Of a stretch of 64,000 bases of DNA, positions 39,301 through 48,225 are shown in pieces. The DNA comes from an uncultured Thermoplasmatales archaeon (GTDB taxonomy: Archaea > Thermoplasmatota > E2 > DHVEG-1). The first letter of the stretch is position 1. The number at the start of each line of letters is the position of its first letter. The stretch is from contig CAZYLG010000001.1 of the NCBI GenBank assembly GCA_964648565.1, positions 12,315 to 76,314 on the forward strand, read 5' to 3'. A program made the translations under genes and the position numbers. The notes under the pieces were generated by a model. That model was not told where the DNA came from. It made no database searches and saw only the letters and a program-made list of their open reading frames with translations.

Positions 39301-39828
39301 ACAGATCATGATAATACTGCTCATAGTGCTGTATATATTGAGGCCACAGATGTTACATATAATAATCTTAACAACAATGGAGATGTTGGTACTAGTGCCA
39401 ATCAAGTGGCTGCTGGTGATCATGATCATGATAGTGATTACTATACTGAAACAGAAACCGATTCACTATTAGCAGGAAAATCCGATACAAGTCATACTCA
39501 TCATGATTTATATTATCAAGAATCAGAATTAAATCCTGGTACATCGAGTGGACTTGCTACAGATGTTACGAATGTTACTTGGGGTACTACAGGAACACAA
39601 GATTTGTCTGGGGTATTAATTAATGATGCTGGTGGGACTACTACTTCAAATAAAAATGATGCTTCTGAGACTGATACACGTTATTATACAAAAGAGGATG
39701 TCGCTATTATTATAGATAATGTTTTACGGAATGTAGCACAACAGATTTATAATGCAGCTTCTTCTTTAGATCTTACTTTTACTAATCCTATTAATGGAAG
39801 TGGTATTAATAAAGATGGATATGCATAA
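36340..39828 (+). CDS. tail-fibre protein, 1162 aa. Its N-terminal module LIWENNPDTP..SKS is shared with the 657-aa and 1277-aa proteins. Also has a beta-helical GxxTxTG repeat and repeated D(D/G)RYYT(K/E)xE and HDHD motifs.
   Basis: GGGAG precedes the ATG. RIIGGFQTNAGNIIANSIWDIAGY is conserved in its paralogues. The segment ~39240..39440 is about 75% nt-identical to 1843-aa gene segment ~31090..31260. Confidence 0.8.
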   Translation: MPRDTNESSIKLIWENNPDTPLTSSALSKSLDFIASYKNYNTDYSPGVHGEFTLLTIDPNDATQLLFKRGSIIQIINEAEDAGTPLIPENQQYRMFDVGLDDIIITSEDTDETLPTKTTWTDAYWFVYICDRDDSAIYGEESGDGYGGGAQIIISKRNNYPVNIQVPGRPSDTYTEKDTRIIGGFQTNAGNIIANSIWDIAGYSDTVKTKNGYYVLNPYTTGTSYSFRQIDLRDLNTDRSNIIDGTLTINDDTIINGDTTISGDIQLNSDEFNIDSSNGYIHYEDDGSSVLLEINAPTTLSETITCNGTVTIQNEITHTGNYGITGDITQTGDLSVTGSTTLTGSLSQSSGNVSFGGSGATITTAGTWSHSGSIDITGNPIITGSTTLNGTVVATANSITLKNIADDLSVVVDNSSDKIILTGDVEISGDVYSHNGTVSLQSNGDIITSVPGGNTFKHSQGSFIVDNADFTVQQNNSTPVVNIDTSEKITTFYGDIVGILDTGNTFTLETPSSDPIFTVEEDNAILEGNMTVRNDLTVDGTINATISGSSSEATKWSNTLTLHFTDDMTGDVTFDGSEGTLNVSLTAGSTMYTKSDLDGGQLDDRYYTEDEINPLDVFSNPIWSPATPLDKRYYTKNGLDTGQLDGRYYNRTDADNEFYPRVDIIPSSSGPGIASDSDDMDWTGTEIDLRYYTKVALNPNTTGDGIGSGIDIGAAGDGALDDRYYTETEIVTNYYTKTNLETEGEAIVHWGNISFIPYGQRGSSEFISRNDHTHSINFIDAATEEYLFDLHNEEVDWDFSSSLMDISVGDLQSEIQFLSDDPLEYQGVYFILYYNDGVSTIEFWFQNSGTPAAAPDGTSTLDQIIDITGLTTVTDIRDTVIAAISGLTAPSPNPFNATDIDDDIMSITYTDLTTFGDPDDYVPTSSDDGVVDAYRSYYGSLHFDLESNVYSKSEIDTNYYTQSDLQTSGSAEVHWGNITTKPTEFAPTDHDNTAHSAVYIEATDVTYNNLNNNGDVGTSANQVAAGDHDHDSDYYTETETDSLLAGKSDTSHTHHDLYYQESELNPGTSSGLATDVTNVTWGTTGTQDLSGVLINDAGGTTTSNKNDASETDTRYYTKEDVAIIIDNVLRNVAQQIYNAASSLDLTFTNPINGSGINKDGYA

Positions 39829-39860
39829 AAAAAGCTCCTCGAAAGAGGAGCTCTATATAT
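39826..39860. terminator. bidirectional intrinsic terminator: AGCTCCTC-GAAA-GAGGAGCT hairpin with an A7 tract upstream and a T-rich tract downstream
   Basis: Perfect 8-bp stem 39833..39840 / 39845..39852 with a GAAA loop. On the minus strand TTTTTTT follows the stem. It lies between the convergent 1162-aa gene and the lipoprotein gene. Confidence 0.8.
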
Positions 39861-39877
39861 CATTAAATTGGTTTTAA

Positions 39878-40594
39878 TTATTGTTTAATAAATTCATGCA
39901 ATGTACTATTACCAAACTTTGTAGTATTATCGGAAACAACATCTGGATCCCAGTGAGTTTCGAATTCGAAATCATCACCTATATTTTCTTTTGTCCAAAT
40001 TTCAAATTCAGCATTTTCACCGCTTCCATTATCATTTTCTACTACTTTCCAATCAGCAAAGTTCATATCGACATCACCTAACCAATAGTTAACTCTTTGA
40101 AATCTAGCTGTACCATCAGAATTAAAAGTCCAGATATCAGTGGTAGTTTGACCACCTTCGTCGAATTCTCGTTCCCAGGTTCCATCAAGAACATCACCAT
40201 CAGATACATAAGAGTAATCATATACCTCTATAGTAACACTGTCAGTATAACCACCGTCATCAGTTTCGAATTCAATGGTTACATTCTTAACAGTATCAGT
40301 GACAGAATCATCGAATGAAATAGAATCTTCAGTTACATTAACACCCGAGGGGGCGGTGACAGTGACGTCAGTATTGTCTGCGTCATTCGGTTTAACTTTG
40401 ATTTCAATGCCTATGCTTTCATTGTCATAAGCAACCAATTTGTCTGCTACTACCGTGATGCTTTCAACATCAATGGTATCATCACCAGTATCTTCAGGCG
40501 GATCCATCGAAATATCACACCCAAACATAACAACCAACGCAACCAAAACCATCATTACAATCATCATTTTCTTCATAATCTCTAAATCCTCCAT
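39878..40594 (-). CDS. secreted lipoprotein-like acidic protein, 238 aa from the first ATG. The likely true start is the second Met at 40576, giving MKKMMIVMMVLVALVVMFGC...
   Basis: Signal peptide with KK, a hydrophobic core and Cys at position 20 (lipobox-like VMFGC). GGAGG lies 7 nt upstream of the second ATG. The mature part is rich in Asp, Thr and Glu. Its own terminator lies downstream. Confidence 0.6.
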   Translation of the reverse strand: MEDLEIMKKMMIVMMVLVALVVMFGCDISMDPPEDTGDDTIDVESITVVADKLVAYDNESIGIEIKVKPNDADNTDVTVTAPSGVNVTEDSISFDDSVTDTVKNVTIEFETDDGGYTDSVTIEVYDYSYVSDGDVLDGTWEREFDEGGQTTTDIWTFNSDGTARFQRVNYWLGDVDMNFADWKVVENDNGSGENAEFEIWTKENIGDDFEFETHWDPDVVSDNTTKFGNSTLHEFIKQ

Positions 40595-40612
40595 AGATTT
40601 AATATAATATTA

Positions 40613-40804
40613 TTATACAACAGCATCATCAACTGCTAAATTTTTTTCTTCAAAAAACTCACAAATTTTTTCTTTAGGTATATATTGTGGGTTTTCAGAT
40701 TTAAATGTACCTTCAGAATAATAACATCGTGCGTTATATATGAGAGCAGAGAATTTACATTCACGGCAAGTTTTCTTTAATAACATCAACTTTGCTTTAT
40801 TCAT
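40613..40804 (-). CDS. small Cys-containing protein, 63 aa (CRECK...C..), possibly zinc-binding
   Basis: ORF directly upstream of the lipoprotein gene on the minus strand, with the same orientation. Confidence 0.35.
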   Translation of the reverse strand: MNKAKLMLLKKTCRECKFSALIYNARCYYSEGTFKSENPQYIPKEKICEFFEEKNLAVDDAVV

Positions 40805-40901
40805 AATACTATTATACTATATATAAACTATCTGCTAAAATAATCTTAAAACATTTCAGAAAAACTACAAAGATAATTAAAAATATATACGGAGAGGAAA
40901 T

Positions 40902-42875
40902 ATGTATAATAGTGCTGGTTCACTTAAAATGTGGGAGAATAATGCCGACACTCCGATAACAGCATCAAATTTATCAAAATCAATTAATTTTCAAGCTTCT
41001 TCAAAATTCATCTATTTAACCACAGAAGAAGATGATTATGAATTATGGGCAGATGTTGTTATCACTGGAGATTTTCCATTAGAATCAGAGATATCAACTG
41101 AATGGGCGAATAAAATGGTATATAATTCAGATACAGGAGTAGCGAAAAAAGCTGTATATGATAATTCAGGATTTCAATGGCAACCTATACGAACTGAAGA
41201 TCGTTTTGATACTACAAACAGACTTTTAAAGGTTAAGGGTGGTATCCAAATTGCCATGTCGTATGTAGATAAAGACACATCTGCCCGAGTATATGAAAAC
41301 TTTGATTTTGGTTCTGATGATCAGGTTATATCATTTGATGATGTATTGAATGAAGATTTCACGTTAAGTAATTTTAATTCATATACAGTATATAATATTT
41401 ATTTAATGCATAATTTTTCATATGGAGATAATGCATATTGTAAAATTATATCTTCAGCTGACCAGACTAAAACATATTGGAAAGAAATTGCAGATAATCC
41501 GTTAAGTCCTACTGGTAATGAAGTGATCTCATATAGAAAAATCGGTGGATTCAAGACTGATTCAAATGGAGAAATCATAGAAGACTCTATATGGGATTTG
41601 TTTACATATAGAGAAGAAGTTACGGTAGAAAAGATAAATAAATATGAGGACGGTGTCGTAAGAGAAATTAATGCTAGTGATATAAATATTGTTAATGATC
41701 AACAAATATTTAATGCTACTGATGTTGAAGGAGCTATTCAAGAATCACGATTTCTATTAAATAGTATTCAAGAACAATTCTATACAAATAAAAGAATCGG
41801 AGCCAACTTAAAGTTTAGTCCTTTTAAAATAGATACATCTGGGGATTTAATTCAAACTGCGATTAACGAATTAACATTAATGATTTCCTCTGGGTATATT
41901 GATGTATTAGGAACACAAAAAGTTATTGATGATAATGTATTTCTTAATAGTTCGACTTTACCGATTAGTGTTAATGATGCTACTCCTGTAACTGGAGTGA
42001 CATTGGGTTCAGGAACAAATAAATTAGATGCTGGTATCTGGAGAGTATATTTAGATGCTTCTAATTCAATTACGTCTGGGAATATTACTATAAAAAAAGA
42101 TACTGTAGAACGTCCTCGTTTTCGTCCAGAAAATTATGGTTGGTTTGACTCATTAGGTAATCGTTGTATAGGAAAATTTAAAGTACGAGACGATAACGGT
42201 TTTTATATTGAAAAAATGTCGGTGACAGACACATTCGATCAAAATGTTCCACCTAATACCATTCATATTCATCATGGAACATTAGTACCTGATGGGTTAT
42301 TATTATGTGATGGAAAATGGCATGATGTAATAGGAATAGATAATAATGTATATAGTACATGGAGTGATTTGGTGGCCGCAGTAGGAATGGATTGGGGTGA
42401 TAGTTGGTATGAAGAAACTCCCAATTTAATGGATACATTTTTAAAGATGCCACCATTGTCATACATTAATATGAATACAGGACAAAATTTTACATTGCCT
42501 ACAGGTGGGGCAGAATCGAATGGAGGATCAGCGGATTGTGGAAGAACAGGGGGAGCAAACACTCATATTCATGAATTTCCACATCAACATGGAACTGGTA
42601 ATATTAATATTATATCCAGTGGAGCTCATCCCCAACAACATTCAGTAGCATTCAGTGGAACTACAGATTCAGTTACAGTCGAGACCGTACCATCTGGATC
42701 TACAGTCTCAGTAGAAGAACATACACATAATATGATTATAAGTGGTGGTAACCATAATCATCCTACAGAATCAGTACAAGGGAATACTGAGAGATTGGAA
42801 GATGCGGATGCAGAAACAGATTCTGCTAGTAGTTTACCACCGTATAAAGAAATGCTTTTTTGCATTAAAAAATAA
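40902..42875 (+). CDS. tail-fibre protein, 657 aa. It shares the N-terminal module MWENNADTP..SKS and the RKIGGFKTD..SIWD motif. The His-rich C-terminus has a phage-tail-collar-like motif.
   Basis: GGAGAGG precedes the ATG. C-terminus: NFTLPTGGAESNGG...HIHEFPHQH...HTHNMIISGGNHNHP. Confidence 0.75.
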   Translation: MYNSAGSLKMWENNADTPITASNLSKSINFQASSKFIYLTTEEDDYELWADVVITGDFPLESEISTEWANKMVYNSDTGVAKKAVYDNSGFQWQPIRTEDRFDTTNRLLKVKGGIQIAMSYVDKDTSARVYENFDFGSDDQVISFDDVLNEDFTLSNFNSYTVYNIYLMHNFSYGDNAYCKIISSADQTKTYWKEIADNPLSPTGNEVISYRKIGGFKTDSNGEIIEDSIWDLFTYREEVTVEKINKYEDGVVREINASDINIVNDQQIFNATDVEGAIQESRFLLNSIQEQFYTNKRIGANLKFSPFKIDTSGDLIQTAINELTLMISSGYIDVLGTQKVIDDNVFLNSSTLPISVNDATPVTGVTLGSGTNKLDAGIWRVYLDASNSITSGNITIKKDTVERPRFRPENYGWFDSLGNRCIGKFKVRDDNGFYIEKMSVTDTFDQNVPPNTIHIHHGTLVPDGLLLCDGKWHDVIGIDNNVYSTWSDLVAAVGMDWGDSWYEETPNLMDTFLKMPPLSYINMNTGQNFTLPTGGAESNGGSADCGRTGGANTHIHEFPHQHGTGNINIISSGAHPQQHSVAFSGTTDSVTVETVPSGSTVSVEEHTHNMIISGGNHNHPTESVQGNTERLEDADAETDSASSLPPYKEMLFCIKK

Positions 42876-42885
42876 GGAGGATTAT

Positions 42886-43380
42886 ATGTCATTTCCAACA
42901 TCACCTACAGATGGTGATATACATCAACAATATGTTTATAATGGTACAGTAGGAGTATGGGACAAAATGGATCCTAGTAAATATTATCCAATAGGGTTTA
43001 TATATGTTCAATTTCCTAGTCAATCATCTCCAGGAGATTTAGGATGGTATGGTACATGGACTAATGTTTCTTCAACATACGCAGGTGATTTCTTTAGGGC
43101 TGAAGGAGGAGATGCTAGTGCTTTTGGAGGTGGAGAACAATTGGATCAGATGCAAGGGCATTATCACAAACTTGGGCAATTAGGTAATCCCGATTATTAT
43201 GATGCGCGTAATTGGTGCGGTGGAAGTAGTTCTGATGAGATTGCTCCTACTAACTCAGGAGCGACTACTCAACCATTCGCTACAACTCCGTATAATGATC
43301 AAACAAATGGAGAACCTCGCACTGGATCAGAAACAAGACCAGTAAATCAAACTGTAAGAGTATGGAAGAGAACAGCGTAA
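42886..43380 (+). CDS. phage tail collar domain protein, 164 aa, with N-terminal MSFPTSPTDG motif shared with the 3055-aa protein
   Basis: The true start is the ATG at 42886, after AAGGAGG. The ORF track started at 42742 inside the upstream gene. GDFFRAEGGDASAFGGGEQLDQMQGHYH matches the tail-collar pattern ..RG....G..Q.D..Q.H.H. Confidence 0.7.
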   Translation: MSFPTSPTDGDIHQQYVYNGTVGVWDKMDPSKYYPIGFIYVQFPSQSSPGDLGWYGTWTNVSSTYAGDFFRAEGGDASAFGGGEQLDQMQGHYHKLGQLGNPDYYDARNWCGGSSSDEIAPTNSGATTQPFATTPYNDQTNGEPRTGSETRPVNQTVRVWKRTA

Positions 43381-43396
43381 TATAGAGGAGAATAAA

Positions 43397-43705
43397 ATGG
43401 TATATATACAATTATCAGAACCAATACGAGGGTATAATAAAGTAGCAGTTACCCAATTTAGTTATTTTGAACAAGCAGAATTTGGAGCAGATACATCAAT
43501 ATCATTTAAGTATATTGTATTTAAAGATGTATCCAGCGAAAGAATAGTATTATACGAAAAGGTAGTAGATATTAATGATGAATTTATTAATAGATTAAAA
43601 AATCAACAAAATAAAAATCTTTCGTCATTCGATGGATTTTGTCGTATATTATTAGAATATTTAATAGAGAACTCAATAGAAACTGGAACGTTAGAGGTAC
43701 GTTAA
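43397..43705 (+). CDS. hypothetical protein, 102 aa; possible fibre assembly or adaptor factor
   Basis: GAGGAG precedes the ATG. It sits between the collar-domain gene and the fibre gene. Confidence 0.45.
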   Translation: MVYIQLSEPIRGYNKVAVTQFSYFEQAEFGADTSISFKYIVFKDVSSERIVLYEKVVDINDEFINRLKNQQNKNLSSFDGFCRILLEYLIENSIETGTLEVR

Positions 43706-43706
43706 T

Positions 43707-46700
43707 ATGGCATCATTTAAATTATTATGGGAAAATAACCCAGACACTCCAATAGATTCTAATCGATTATCAAGTTCTATAGATTATTATTCCAAACAAT
43801 CTATTTTATACTTTGATAGTAATGAATTGGAAAGTGGAGAAGATATATTAAAATTACGAAGTAATGTAAAAGTAAATATAGAAATCCCTACTACATTATC
43901 TGCATGGGATTTTAATAATTCATTAGTTTCATATAATAGTAAATTTGCTCCAGAAGACGCAGAAAATATTATTTTTAGAGATGAATATAATAATTCTCCA
44001 GGGAGTGTTGCGATTGATGCAGCAATCGATAATGTTCTAACAAATTCAGGATTCGAGAGTGGTTTAACTGATTGGACATTTACTGATGATAATGGTTCTA
44101 TTGTTTCAGTATCCACGTCTGAATATTATCCGTCAAATCTAAGTACTCAATCTGCAGAAATAACTGTTAATTCAAGTGGAACACTTTGTGAATTATCTCG
44201 TCAATCCGATACAAGTACAGTAGTTGGAAACTATTCACTATCATTTTATTATAAAACAAGTACAGATTTATATTTACAAATTAAAACATTTAAAAATGGT
44301 AATGATAATTATTGGAATGGCAATAATTGGGTATTTTCCCAGGCATACTTTACGATGCCTTATACAGATAATCAATGGCATAGATATGAAATGCAAGAAA
44401 TCGATGTTAGTCTTATTAATTATGTAGAAATCATTTTGTATTCTGATTATCCTAATTCGACTCATTATGTTGATTCATTTCTTTTAGAATTAAAAGATTA
44501 TTGTTCATCATATTATCCAACATCTATTGGTGATTCTCTTCTCACGTACAGTAGAGATGTTATTATTCTTCGAGAAGGTTTGATTGATTTTACATTTTAT
44601 CCTAAAATAAAAGAGGATGTAACATTATTTCTAGTAAAAAGCGTAAGCGGCAACGATTTATTAAAACTTGTATTCGATGAAAGTGAAAATAAATTTGTTT
44701 TTACGATTTATGATAAAAACACATCACAAGAATTGACGTATGATATAATTTTTAATTTTGATAATATTATTGATGAATGGACAAGAGTAATAATTAGTTG
44801 GAGTGAAACACTAAAAAAAGTATACGTAAATATCGGAACATATTTACGAGAATTTGATTTACCTACTGGGTATTTTGCTGAAGATCAAAGCAATATTAGT
44901 AAAGTATATATAGGAAGTGATTCTGACGGTACTCATCTTGCTAAATCATTATTTGAATTCCTGAAATTTGACATAGAATATAAAAATTTAGATGAAATTA
45001 ATAATTTACTTCTTTATCCTTCTGAAATTAATGATAGTGATTTTAAAGTATTCGAAAATGAAAATAAATCATTAATTATTAACCATCATTTATTAGATAC
45101 TGGCACAAATTTTGCTAATAATAGAACATATTATATTTGGGTTGCAGACAATAATGACGGTGATAGTTGTGAGCTGTTGGTGTCATTGAGCGATCATAAT
45201 CCTTCTGGATATATTTGGTATCGATCACGGATTATCGGTGGATTTAGAACTGATTCAAGTAGAAATATTATAAAAAATAGTGTATGGGATATTAGTACTA
45301 AATTAACTACTAATTTACATATTGACAGATTATTAATTGGAGGAACCCGAACCCTGACAATTGATGATGTTGGAGCTGGTGAAGATCCTACTCCAGTAGA
45401 AATTAGTACTACCCCGTATGGTGATGTAAATAATGCTATTTATAATATTGACTCCTATTTCACGCGACATGTATACGGAAGAAATATTACAGATGGAAAT
45501 TTTTTAGATATTGATAATGAAAATGGATCTATAACAATAGATGATATTCATATAGATGGTCATATAATGAATTCAAATGATACAGATTTTGAGCTGTATG
45601 CTTCTGGTTCGAATACTCTTTCTTTACATTCAGATGAAATTATAATAACATCTGAGGGAACAGACGTAAAAATTGATGATATACGAATATTGAATAATAC
45701 GATATATGTGGCAAATGGGAATGATTTAATTATTAATTCAAATATTGATGATGCAACAAGTGATAATAATATTCAGGTGATTGCAAATGATGTGATAGTA
45801 GAACCTAAAAACGATTTTGTTGTCGATGCTGATAATCAGATACAATTAACTGCAGAAAATTCTATATTGATAACATCAAATACGAATAATATAGTTACGT
45901 CTTCAAACAATTTTACCGTATCGACTGATAATATTATTACTTTAGACGATATAAAAATTGATGCTAATAAAATTTATCGTGACGGAACATTAGAAGTAAT
46001 TAATATAGAATCAACTGGTAACATTAATATTAATTCATTAGACGAGAATGTAACAATAGAAGAAATCGATTTTAATGATAATAAAATTTTTCAAACAAAT
46101 GATGTTCATCGTTATATATCATTTTATGATGATGGAAGTCCTGTGGGGTTTTCAGATTCTGCAGAAAATATTGATATCGCAGCTGGTAATAAAGTAGTTA
46201 TTGATTCTCCTGTATTCCATGTTAAATCACAGGAAGTGTGGTTTGAGGCTGATTTATCTGATTTCATACGATTAGATTATATAAAAATTAATGGAAGTCA
46301 GTTGTATACTGAAACTGGATACCCTTTGAGTATATTATCACCAGAGAATATAACAATAAATTCTGGTTCTACACTGTCACTTCAAGGACCGCCTGTACAG
46401 ATTGAAAATATAACATTAACCGATAAAACACTTGAACCATTAGACGGGGCATGGACATTAGGGAATATTATACATCAAACAAATATTAAAGGTAATGGGT
46501 TTGATGTATATAGTGAAACTGGATACGTAGATTTTAGTTCAGATATACGGGTAAGTAGTGGTAGTGGTTCTATTTTAGCGAATGCTTCATCTGCTACAGA
46601 ATTTGAAACTGCTGTAGATTTAGATTTTGCTTCTACTGATACTACTCAAATGGATACATATAATCAAGTATATACATTAACAGGAACCGAAGGTACAATT

Positions 46701-47540
46701 GATGTTGATGTGACACATACTCATGATGGTCGTTATTATACTGAAACAGAGGCAGATAATAGATTCGTAAATATGAATGGTGATACGATGACTGATGATT
46801 TAAATTTTACTATTACAGCTTCTGCGACATCAAAAGGGATAACATGGACCGGATTAACTGACGAGCATAAAATTTATGTCGAGGAGACTGCGGGAGGTGA
46901 AGAAACATCATTAATTATAGAAAGTGGAAATAACGCAGGTACTGATAAAACTATTTTTAGAAATAGAGACGGAGTAGCTCCTATTGATGTATTAACATTA
47001 AACAATAATTTAGTTCATTCTCATAAAGATGTTCAAATTGGTGATTCTGGAACATTAGAATATAACCAGTCAAACCCAGTTGGAACAGAGATATTAGGGT
47101 ATAATGGTTATTTTTATGCAAACAGGGTATATAATGCTGTATGGCAAGATTTAGCCGAATGTTGGGAAAAGAATCCTCAATATACATTTGGATATAATAT
47201 TGTTGTAGTACAAACTGAACATGGAGTAAGACCATCAATGAAACGCGCAGAGAAAACAACAGTAGGAGTAATTTCTGATACATATGGTTATATTTTGAAT
47301 GCAGATAAACTTTTTGAACATGATTTAAATAAATCAGAATCTGTTCCTGTAGCGATTGCTGGTAGAGCGATTGTAGCTTATGTAGGAGATATAGCGATTG
47401 GAGATGAGGTCGTATCATATAAAAATGGTAATTCAATTAAAGCGAATATATTTGAAAAAATATGTAAGCGAGATAGGATCCTTGGAAAGGTTGATAAAAT
47501 CTTGTCTTCAAATCTGATTAAAATAAAAGTTTATGGATAA
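43707..47540 (+). CDS. tail-fibre protein, 1277 aa. It shares the N-terminal module LLWENNPDTP..SSS and has a CBM-like jelly-roll domain and a distinct C-terminal domain.
   Basis: The CBM-like domain NVLTNSGFESGLTDWTF...YVDSFLLEL sits at ~44030..44500. RIIGGFRTDSSRNIIKNSVWDIS is conserved. HTHDGRYYTETEADNRF lies near 46720. Confidence 0.8.
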   Translation: MASFKLLWENNPDTPIDSNRLSSSIDYYSKQSILYFDSNELESGEDILKLRSNVKVNIEIPTTLSAWDFNNSLVSYNSKFAPEDAENIIFRDEYNNSPGSVAIDAAIDNVLTNSGFESGLTDWTFTDDNGSIVSVSTSEYYPSNLSTQSAEITVNSSGTLCELSRQSDTSTVVGNYSLSFYYKTSTDLYLQIKTFKNGNDNYWNGNNWVFSQAYFTMPYTDNQWHRYEMQEIDVSLINYVEIILYSDYPNSTHYVDSFLLELKDYCSSYYPTSIGDSLLTYSRDVIILREGLIDFTFYPKIKEDVTLFLVKSVSGNDLLKLVFDESENKFVFTIYDKNTSQELTYDIIFNFDNIIDEWTRVIISWSETLKKVYVNIGTYLREFDLPTGYFAEDQSNISKVYIGSDSDGTHLAKSLFEFLKFDIEYKNLDEINNLLLYPSEINDSDFKVFENENKSLIINHHLLDTGTNFANNRTYYIWVADNNDGDSCELLVSLSDHNPSGYIWYRSRIIGGFRTDSSRNIIKNSVWDISTKLTTNLHIDRLLIGGTRTLTIDDVGAGEDPTPVEISTTPYGDVNNAIYNIDSYFTRHVYGRNITDGNFLDIDNENGSITIDDIHIDGHIMNSNDTDFELYASGSNTLSLHSDEIIITSEGTDVKIDDIRILNNTIYVANGNDLIINSNIDDATSDNNIQVIANDVIVEPKNDFVVDADNQIQLTAENSILITSNTNNIVTSSNNFTVSTDNIITLDDIKIDANKIYRDGTLEVINIESTGNININSLDENVTIEEIDFNDNKIFQTNDVHRYISFYDDGSPVGFSDSAENIDIAAGNKVVIDSPVFHVKSQEVWFEADLSDFIRLDYIKINGSQLYTETGYPLSILSPENITINSGSTLSLQGPPVQIENITLTDKTLEPLDGAWTLGNIIHQTNIKGNGFDVYSETGYVDFSSDIRVSSGSGSILANASSATEFETAVDLDFASTDTTQMDTYNQVYTLTGTEGTIDVDVTHTHDGRYYTETEADNRFVNMNGDTMTDDLNFTITASATSKGITWTGLTDEHKIYVEETAGGEETSLIIESGNNAGTDKTIFRNRDGVAPIDVLTLNNNLVHSHKDVQIGDSGTLEYNQSNPVGTEILGYNGYFYANRVYNAVWQDLAECWEKNPQYTFGYNIVVVQTEHGVRPSMKRAEKTTVGVISDTYGYILNADKLFEHDLNKSESVPVAIAGRAIVAYVGDIAIGDEVVSYKNGNSIKANIFEKICKRDRILGKVDKILSSNLIKIKVYG

Positions 47541-48222
47541 TGAAAAACTCGAATCTCTATTAAATGATTTTATTGAACGTTCTCGTTCAATAGAAAATAG
47601 TATTATGTCCTCACTTACTGATGCAAATTCAGATATAGAAATGGTACTGCGTGAATTATTAGTATATTTAAATTCTACGTCAAAATTTTTAGATGAAATT
47701 CAAGAAAAAATTGAATTATTTAATCAAAAGACAACACGGTTAGATAGTATACCATCTAAATTAGATTATATGGATGATAAAATTGATGTAATTTCACCTA
47801 ATAACCAACAACATATTAATGAGCAAACTAAAAAGATATTTGGTGCATTAAAAAAAATAACTGAAAATAATAATAAATTTTTAAATTTAATATTAACTCA
47901 TATTCAAGGATTAAAAGAAGATCGAAAACTATTAAACAAAATAGTTGAAACGTTATACGAAATTAATACAAAAATTGATAAAGATTATGAAGAAACTCAG
48001 AAAACACATAAAGATGTGTCAAAAAGTCAAGAGCATTTAATGCATATTATTAATAATTTTATGAATATGTCTAAAGAATCAAATCAACAAACTGTTGAAA
48101 TACAAAAAAGTGAACATGAAATACGAATAGAAAAAATTAAATTATATGGTAAATTGTTGGGATTAATTTTAGGATCTGGCGGAATATTATATTTAGTAGT
48201 AAGCAGCTTATTGGGAGGATAG
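47533..48222 (+). CDS. coiled-coil protein with a C-terminal transmembrane anchor (LLGLILGSGGILYLVVSSLLGG), 229 aa
   Basis: Its ATG overlaps the upstream stop. The heptad-rich sequence ends in a hydrophobic helix. Confidence 0.5.
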   Translation: MDNEKLESLLNDFIERSRSIENSIMSSLTDANSDIEMVLRELLVYLNSTSKFLDEIQEKIELFNQKTTRLDSIPSKLDYMDDKIDVISPNNQQHINEQTKKIFGALKKITENNNKFLNLILTHIQGLKEDRKLLNKIVETLYEINTKIDKDYEETQKTHKDVSKSQEHLMHIINNFMNMSKESNQQTVEIQKSEHEIRIEKIKLYGKLLGLILGSGGILYLVVSSLLGG

Positions 48223-48225
48223 TAA

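Noticed and set aside
42742-42885. ORF-track start of the 212-aa ORF at 42742
   Set aside because: It overlaps the 3' end of the 657-aa gene in another frame. A perfect AAGGAGG-N6-ATG at 42886 begins the conserved MSFPTSP motif, so the real gene is 42886..43380.
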